Shown here: positions 58,352 through 64,000 of the stretch, piece by piece
How positions within the stretch are numbered: the first letter of the stretch is position 1
Layout of the letters: each line of letters begins with the position of its first letter
Assembly (NCBI GenBank): GCA_963812155.1
Contig: CAWETW010000003.1
Span: 992,001 to 1,056,000, forward strand
Direction: 5' to 3'
From: Vulcanimicrobiota bacterium
GTDB lineage: Bacteria > Vulcanimicrobiota > Vulcanimicrobiia > Vulcanimicrobiales > Vulcanimicrobiaceae
DNA length: 64,000 nucleotides
The notes under the pieces: model-generated
Database searches by the model: none
What the model was told of the DNA's origin: nothing
What the model saw: only the letters and a program-made list of their open reading frames with translations
Program-made: the position numbers and the translations under genes

Positions 58352-59700
58352 TGGTCGTCGGGTCCTCGCAGATCGACGCGTTCGTTGATGAAATCGGCGG
58401 CACGCATGTTCGTCGGAATCGGAGAGAACGAGCGCGGTGTCTGCGAAAAGTTGAAGCAGTCGCCGGCGGGCGAGTTTGCGCGCCGGTCGGTGGCGGCCAA
58501 GGCCGTCAGATTAAATCGTTGCTCGATGAACTTGAGCATGCTTCCGTGCTCGTATTGCACGTGCGAAACGTACCCCTTCTTGGCGTACGGCGAAATTACG
58601 ATGAGGGGAACGCGAATTCCTAACCCGTCGTAATCTTTCAGCGGCGGCGGAACGTGATCGTACCAGCCACCGTAGTCATCCCAAAAAACGAAAATGGCCG
58701 TAGACTTCCAATACGGTGACTTGCCGATTGCGTTAACGAGCGATGCGACCCAATGGGGACCGTGGTTAGAATCGCAGGTCGCGTGGTCGGAGTTCGCGCA
58801 CGTAGGAGTGACCCAAGTCACCGCCGGCAACTTGCCATTTGCAACGTCTTTGAAGAAGCGGGTCTGCGGCGTGGCGACGTTGGTTTTCCAGTCGGGGCCG
58901 TTGCGGATGTGATCGATGGCCTGGAATGCGTTCCAGATGCCGCTCGACGGGTTGCTCACGCTCGAGGTGTAGTAGCGCCACGAGATGCCGGCGGCGTCGA
59001 GTTCGTCGCCGAGCGTCTGATTGTCGAAACAGGGGGAAATATTCGGCCCGAGCGCTCGCTGCTGCGTGATGGTCGGAATGACGTCGCCGCCTCCCCCCCC
59101 GCATCCCCACACGCTCGACGGAAAGTCTACCGATGAACTCGCTTGGCCCGCAATGATGTACTGATGCGACACGAACGAGCTTGCGTCGAAGTTCGATGCG
59201 AACATCCGGTCGGCGAGCACGTACTGCGACGCCATCGCGACGTACGGCTTGGTTTCCGTGGCGGGAACGTAGCCGTATTGCGAATCCGGCTTGGGGCATT
59301 TCAGAGGGCCGCCGCCAAGCCCGCAACTCGTCGCCTCCTTGTCGAAACCGTCCATCTTGCATTTCGTGCCGGGCAGATTGCCTTGCCCGTCGCAGGCTGC
59401 GAAGTAGCTCGCCGAATCGTGGTCGATGTCCCATGGCGTTTCGAGACCGAAGGGCTTGAGGTCGAGCTTTTGGCCCGTGCTGGTGTATCCGTACGACTGC
59501 GTGTCGGCGCCCGGAAAACCTTGGAACAAATTATCGAAGCTGCGGTTTTCCTGGATGATAATCACGACGTGATCGATCTTATCGATGCCCGGCGGCCTAT
59601 CGGGAGAGACTGCATGCGTCGTTACGCTCGGCGCGATTGCGCTCGACGGCGCAGAACACGCAGCGAGCACGAGAAGCGCCGCTGCACGGAACTTATTCAT
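58348..59700 (-). CDS. phosphoesterase family lipoprotein (array copy 4)
   Basis: LAAC lipobox, [28 protein letters not shown]. Confidence 0.92.
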   Translation of the reverse strand: MNKFRAAALLVLAACSAPSSAIAPSVTTHAVSPDRPPGIDKIDHVVIIIQENRSFDNLFQGFPGADTQSYGYTSTGQKLDLKPFGLETPWDIDHDSASYFAACDGQGNLPGTKCKMDGFDKEATSCGLGGGPLKCPKPDSQYGYVPATETKPYVAMASQYVLADRMFASNFDASSFVSHQYIIAGQASSSVDFPSSVWGCGGGGGDVIPTITQQRALGPNISPCFDNQTLGDELDAAGISWRYYTSSVSNPSSGIWNAFQAIDHIRNGPDWKTNVATPQTRFFKDVANGKLPAVTWVTPTCANSDHATCDSNHGPHWVASLVNAIGKSPYWKSTAIFVFWDDYGGWYDHVPPPLKDYDGLGIRVPLIVISPYAKKGYVSHVQYEHGSMLKFIEQRFNLTALAATDRRANSPAGDCFNFSQTPRSFSPIPTNMRAADFINERVDLRGPDDQ

Positions 59701-61072
59701 TATCGGGCGGTCTCGGGTCGAGCCGTTCGCGCGCGAAATCGGCGGCGTGCAGACGGCTGGGAATCGTTACGAAGGGGCGCGGCGGTTTCGAAAAGTCGAA
59801 ACAGTCGCTCTGCGGAGAGCTCGCGCGCGAGTCGGATGCCGCCAAGCGAGCGAGGCCGAACTGGTCTTCGACGAACTTCAAAATGCTGCCGTGCTCGTAT
59901 CGAACGTGCGAGACGTAGCCTTGCTTTGCGTATGCGGAGATGACGAGCAGGGGGACGCGCGCGCCGAGGCCGTCGTAATCGACCATCGGCGGCGGGACGT
60001 GATCGTACCAACCGCCGCCGTCGTCCCAAAACACGAAGACGGCGGTCGAATCCCAATACGGCGACTTTCCGATCGCATTGACGATCGAGGCCACCCAGTG
60101 CGGGCCGTGGTTGGAGTTGCAGGCAGCATGGTCGGAGTTCGCACAGGTCGGCGTGATCCAGGAGACGGCGGGAAGTTTTTGCGCGCTGACGTCTTTGAAG
60201 AAGCGAGTCTGCGGCGTAACGACGTCGTCTTTCCAGTCGGCACCGTAACGAATGTGCCGGATCGCCTGGTACGCGCTCCAGTTTCCCGCATCGCCGGTCT
60301 CGATCTTCGACGTGTAGTAACGCCACGAGACGCCGGCATCGTCGAGTTCGTCGCCCAGCGTCTTTCCGTCGAAGCACGCCTGGATGGGGGTGCCGTACGT
60401 GCGCCGGTTGGTCAGCGTCGCGATCGTATCTTTGGCTCCCCCGTCGCACCCCCACACATTGATGGAAGGAAAGTCGACCGAACGCTCGGCCTGCGCGGCG
60501 ATGGCGTATTGATGCGACACAAAACTGCTGGCGTCGAGATTCGACGTGAACATGCGATCGGCCAATACGTATTGTTGAGCCATCGCGACGTACGGTTTCG
60601 TCTCGGCGGACGGCACGTAGCCGTATTGCGGATCCGCGTTGGGACAGCGGGGACCGCCGATGGGGCGTCCGCAGGTAACCGCCTCTTTATCGAAGCCGTT
60701 CATCTTGCAGTGCGTGCCCGGAAGTTTGCCGGTTCCGTTGCACGCCGCGAAGAATCCCTGCGCGTCGTGTTCGATGTCCCACGGCGCCTCGAGGCCGATC
60801 GGCGCGAGCGAAACCTTCGTTCCCTCACTGGTGTAGCCGTACGACTGCGTGTCGGCTCCGGGATAGCCTTGAAACAAGTCGTCGAAGGTCCGGTTCTCCT
60901 GAATGACGATCACGACGTGCGCGATCTTTCCGCTGCCGGCATGACGATTCGCAGGCGGGAGCATCGCGCGGGCGGACCCGCCGCCCGCGCCGCCGGCACA
61001 ACCTGCCATGAAGAGCAGCGCCGCCGCCGCGATGCTACTGGTCGTCGATGGGCCGAGAATCGGGCGGCTCAC
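59693..61072 (-). CDS. phosphoesterase family lipoprotein (array copy 3)
   Basis: MAGC lipobox, [25 protein letters not shown]. Confidence 0.92.
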   Translation of the reverse strand: MSRPILGPSTTSSIAAAALLFMAGCAGGAGGGSARAMLPPANRHAGSGKIAHVVIVIQENRTFDDLFQGYPGADTQSYGYTSEGTKVSLAPIGLEAPWDIEHDAQGFFAACNGTGKLPGTHCKMNGFDKEAVTCGRPIGGPRCPNADPQYGYVPSAETKPYVAMAQQYVLADRMFTSNLDASSFVSHQYAIAAQAERSVDFPSINVWGCDGGAKDTIATLTNRRTYGTPIQACFDGKTLGDELDDAGVSWRYYTSKIETGDAGNWSAYQAIRHIRYGADWKDDVVTPQTRFFKDVSAQKLPAVSWITPTCANSDHAACNSNHGPHWVASIVNAIGKSPYWDSTAVFVFWDDGGGWYDHVPPPMVDYDGLGARVPLLVISAYAKQGYVSHVRYEHGSILKFVEDQFGLARLAASDSRASSPQSDCFDFSKPPRPFVTIPSRLHAADFARERLDPRPPDNE

Positions 61073-62426
61073 GTTCGAAGTCGATGGCGTTCATGTGCGT
61101 GGGAATGGCGGTGAAGGGGCGCGGCTGCTGCGAGAAGTCGAAGCAATCGCCGGCCGGGGAGTTGGCGCGCTTGTCGCTGACCGAGAGGCGCGAGAGACCG
61201 AAGAGATCTTCGATGAACTTGAGGATGCTGCCGTGCTCGTACTGGACGTGCGAGACGTAGCCTTTCTTTGCGTATGGCGAAATTACGAGCAGCGGAACCC
61301 GAATGCCGAGCCCGTCGTAATCGACCATCGGCGGGGGCACGTGGTCGTACCATCCGCCGTAATCGTCCCACATCACGAAGATCGCGGTTGAGTCCCAATA
61401 TTTCGACTTCCCGATCGCGTTGACGAGCGACGCGACCCAATAGGGTCCGTGATTGGTGTCGCACTGACCGTGGTCGGAGTTTGCGCAAGTCGGCGTGACC
61501 CAACTGACCGCGGGCAGCTTGCCGGCGGTGACGTCCTTGAAGAAGCGCGTCTGCGGCGTGATGACGTCGGTCTTCCAATCCGATCCGTAGCGAATGTGAT
61601 TGATGGCTTGATACGCATTCCAAATCCCGCCCAACGCGTAGTCGACTTTCGACGTGTAGTAACGCCACGAAACGTGCGCGGTGTCGAGCTCGTCTCCCAG
61701 CGTCTGGTAGTCGAAGCAAACCGGAACTTTTTCGTTGAGCGCCCGCTGCTGCGTAATCGTCCAGATCGTGTCGGTTTGCCCGCCGTCGCAGCCCCAGACG
61801 CCTAGCGAGGGGTAATCGATCGTTGCCGCCGCCTGAGCCGCAATAAAGTACTGATGCGAGACGTAGCTGCTGGCGTCGAAGTTTGACGTGAAGGTGCGGT
61901 CCCCGAGGACGTATTGCGTCGCCATCGAGACGTACGGTTTCGTTTCGCTCGGCTTGACGTAACTGTATTGCGGATGCTGATTCGGGCACGGCGGATTGGG
62001 ATTGATGCCGCAGGTGACGATTTCTTTGTCGAAGCCGTCCATCTTACAATGCGTGCCCGGAAGCTTTCCGCTCCCGTCACAGGCTTCGTAGTATGCGGCC
62101 GAGCGATGGTCGACGTCCCACTTAATGCCGAGGTCGATCGGCTGCAGCGTAATTTTCTGGCCGGTGCTGGTGTAGCCGTACGGCTGGAAGTCGGCGCCGG
62201 GGAAGCCTTGAAAGAGATTGTCGAAGCTTCGGTTCTCCTGCACGATGACGACGACGTGAGAGATTTTGCCGGCCCCGGTGCGACCGGTGAAGGCCTGCAT
62301 GTCGCCTGGTGCGGGCATGATGCCGCCTCGCGGACCACCGCCGCATCCGGCGAGCGAAACGCATAACGCGCCGGCGAAGACGATCGAAGCGATGATGGCG
62401 AAGCGTCGCATCGTACGGTTCCTCAC
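61035..62426 (-). CDS. phosphoesterase family lipoprotein (array copy 2)
   Basis: LAGC lipobox, [25 protein letters not shown]. Confidence 0.92.
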   Translation of the reverse strand: MRNRTMRRFAIIASIVFAGALCVSLAGCGGGPRGGIMPAPGDMQAFTGRTGAGKISHVVVIVQENRSFDNLFQGFPGADFQPYGYTSTGQKITLQPIDLGIKWDVDHRSAAYYEACDGSGKLPGTHCKMDGFDKEIVTCGINPNPPCPNQHPQYSYVKPSETKPYVSMATQYVLGDRTFTSNFDASSYVSHQYFIAAQAAATIDYPSLGVWGCDGGQTDTIWTITQQRALNEKVPVCFDYQTLGDELDTAHVSWRYYTSKVDYALGGIWNAYQAINHIRYGSDWKTDVITPQTRFFKDVTAGKLPAVSWVTPTCANSDHGQCDTNHGPYWVASLVNAIGKSKYWDSTAIFVMWDDYGGWYDHVPPPMVDYDGLGIRVPLLVISPYAKKGYVSHVQYEHGSILKFIEDLFGLSRLSVSDKRANSPAGDCFDFSQQPRPFTAIPTHMNAIDFEREPPDSRPIDDQ

Positions 62427-62428
62427 GA

Positions 62429-63796
62429 TCAGTCGTTGTCGGGCGGGCGCGGATCGTCCGACTCTCGCTCGAAGTAGGTTGCGTTCAGCGGGGATTGGAT
62501 CGGAACGAAGGCGCGCGGCTGCTGTGAGAAGTCGAAGCAGTCGGCGGCCGGGGAGTTGGCGCGTTTATCGCTGGCCGAGAGCCGGGGAAGACCGAACAAA
62601 TCCTCGACGAACTTCAAAATGCTGCCGTGCTCGTAGTGCACGTGCGAAACGTAGCCTCGTTTTGCGTACGGCGAGATGACGAGCAGCGGCACGCGGATGC
62701 CGAGGCCGTCGTAGTCGACGTATGCCGGTGCCACGTGATCGTACCACCCGCCGTAGTCGTCCCAGAAAACAAAGATCGCGGTGGAATCCCAATACTTGGA
62801 CTTTCCGACGGCGTTCACCAGCGACGCGACCCAGCTCGGACCGTGCCCGGTATTGCAGCCGGCGTGATCGGAGTTTTCACAGGTCGGCGTAACCCAACTC
62901 ACCGCGGGCAGTTTGCCTTCACGCACCGCGGTGAAGAAGCGCTTGGCGGGGTCGAGCACGTCGTTCTTCCAATCGGGCCCGTAGCGGATGTGACGGATCG
63001 CTTGATAGGCGTTCCATAAATCGCCGTCACCGTCGATGCCGGCAGTGTAGTATTTCCATGAGACGCCGGCAGTGTCGAGTTCGTCGCCCAGCGTTTGATT
63101 GTTGAAGCAGGCGACGATTTGCGGCCCGAAGGTGCGCTGCTGCGTGAGCGTGCCGATCGTATCCCTCGAGCCGCCGTCGCAGCCCCACACCGTTACGGGA
63201 AAGTCGACCGCCGAGCTGGCTTGACCGGCAATGATGTACTGGTGCGAGATGAAACTGCTGCCGTCGAGATTGGACGCGAACATCTTGTCGCCGAGCACGT
63301 ATTGCTGCGCCATCGAAAAATACGGCTTGACCTCACTCTCGGGGACGTAACCGTACTGAGGCGTCTTGCTGGGGCATGGCGGCGGCCCGTGCCCGCAGGT
63401 GACGAGTTCCTTATCGAAGCCGTTCATCCGGCACTTCGTGCCGGGTATCGATCCCGTACCGTCGCACGCCGAGATGTAGGACGCAAACGTATGATAGACG
63501 TCCCAGGGAATGGAAAGATCGGTCGGCGCGAGCGAGACCTTGGCGCCGGTGCTGGTGAACCCGTACGACTGCGTGTCGGCGCCTGGATACCCTTGGAAGA
63601 GATTGTCGAGGCTGCGATTCTCTTGAATGATGATGACCACGTGGTCGATCTTCCCGCTTCCGCTCGATGCGCGCACCGCCGCAACCGCGCTCGCCGGCGG
63701 AAGTGCGGCGGGCGGCGGGCCGCCCGGCCCGCTGCAAGCGCAGAGCGTGAAGGCGGCAACGACGAACCCTCGGCCGGCCTGCCGGTAGTGACGCAA
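62429..63796 (-). CDS. phosphoesterase family lipoprotein (array copy 1)
   Basis: LCAC lipobox, [34 protein letters not shown] before the TTG start. Confidence 0.92.
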   Translation of the reverse strand: MRHYRQAGRGFVVAAFTLCACSGPGGPPPAALPPASAVAAVRASSGSGKIDHVVIIIQENRSLDNLFQGYPGADTQSYGFTSTGAKVSLAPTDLSIPWDVYHTFASYISACDGTGSIPGTKCRMNGFDKELVTCGHGPPPCPSKTPQYGYVPESEVKPYFSMAQQYVLGDKMFASNLDGSSFISHQYIIAGQASSAVDFPVTVWGCDGGSRDTIGTLTQQRTFGPQIVACFNNQTLGDELDTAGVSWKYYTAGIDGDGDLWNAYQAIRHIRYGPDWKNDVLDPAKRFFTAVREGKLPAVSWVTPTCENSDHAGCNTGHGPSWVASLVNAVGKSKYWDSTAIFVFWDDYGGWYDHVAPAYVDYDGLGIRVPLLVISPYAKRGYVSHVHYEHGSILKFVEDLFGLPRLSASDKRANSPAADCFDFSQQPRAFVPIQSPLNATYFERESDDPRPPDND

Positions 63797-63880
63797 AGGC
63801 GACTCCTCGAGTGCGAATTATGGGGCCGGGAAACCTACGACGAGCGGCGCCTCGAATCCCGGACGAGACCGTTCCGCGGT

Positions 63881-63898
63881 CTTTACATTAGCTTTACA
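63881..63898. promoter_or_regulatory. Pho-box-like direct repeat
   Basis: CTTTACA-TTAG-CTTTACA with 11-bp period, resembling the Bacillus PhoP TT(A/T/C)ACA repeat. Confidence 0.5.
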
Positions 63899-64000
63899 AA
63901 GATGGGGGGGCGAGCCTGCAGGTAACGCTTGCCTCGGAGCGCATTGTAGGTATCCCCCAGGTGTGGACCAGGGTCATCATCCGATTCCCGATCGAATGCA

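Overview
High-GC bacterial chromosomal window with no rRNA, tRNA, CRISPR array, integrase or transposase that I could recognise. The gene content combines diderm envelope genes (TonB-dependent receptor, alpha-2-macroglobulin/PBP1C) with a Terrabacteria-style def-fmt-rsmB-fhaA-fhaB-PP2C-rodA cluster and many secreted lipoproteins. This suggests Ca. Eremiobacterota/Vulcanimicrobiota (inference, not a database result). Ordinary content includes a beta-oxidation operon, gdhA, AlkB-like dioxygenase, lemA-TPM-TPM, a peptide ABC substrate-binding protein, PPi-PFK and several beta-propellers. The most interesting items are: (1) a candidate peptide-signalling cassette, MalT/LuxR-type STAND regulator -> promoter -> 28-aa peptide missed by the ORF track (38999-39085) -> degenerate HD-GYP -> 86-aa unknown; (2) an in-frame fusion of a two-domain multicopper oxidase to a ZIP metal transporter; (3) a PP2C pseudophosphatase in the FHA/RodA cluster; (4) five tandem phosphoesterase lipoprotein paralogs (plus a sixth elsewhere) with a Pho-box-like repeat upstream; (5) a REP-like palindromic repeat family, some copies read in frame inside genes; (6) a thioester-less alpha-2-macroglobulin divergent from pbpC; (7) an orphan HiPIP. 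At least six genes carry apparent indels, most likely long-read assembly errors, so fusions and frameshifts need read-level confirmation.
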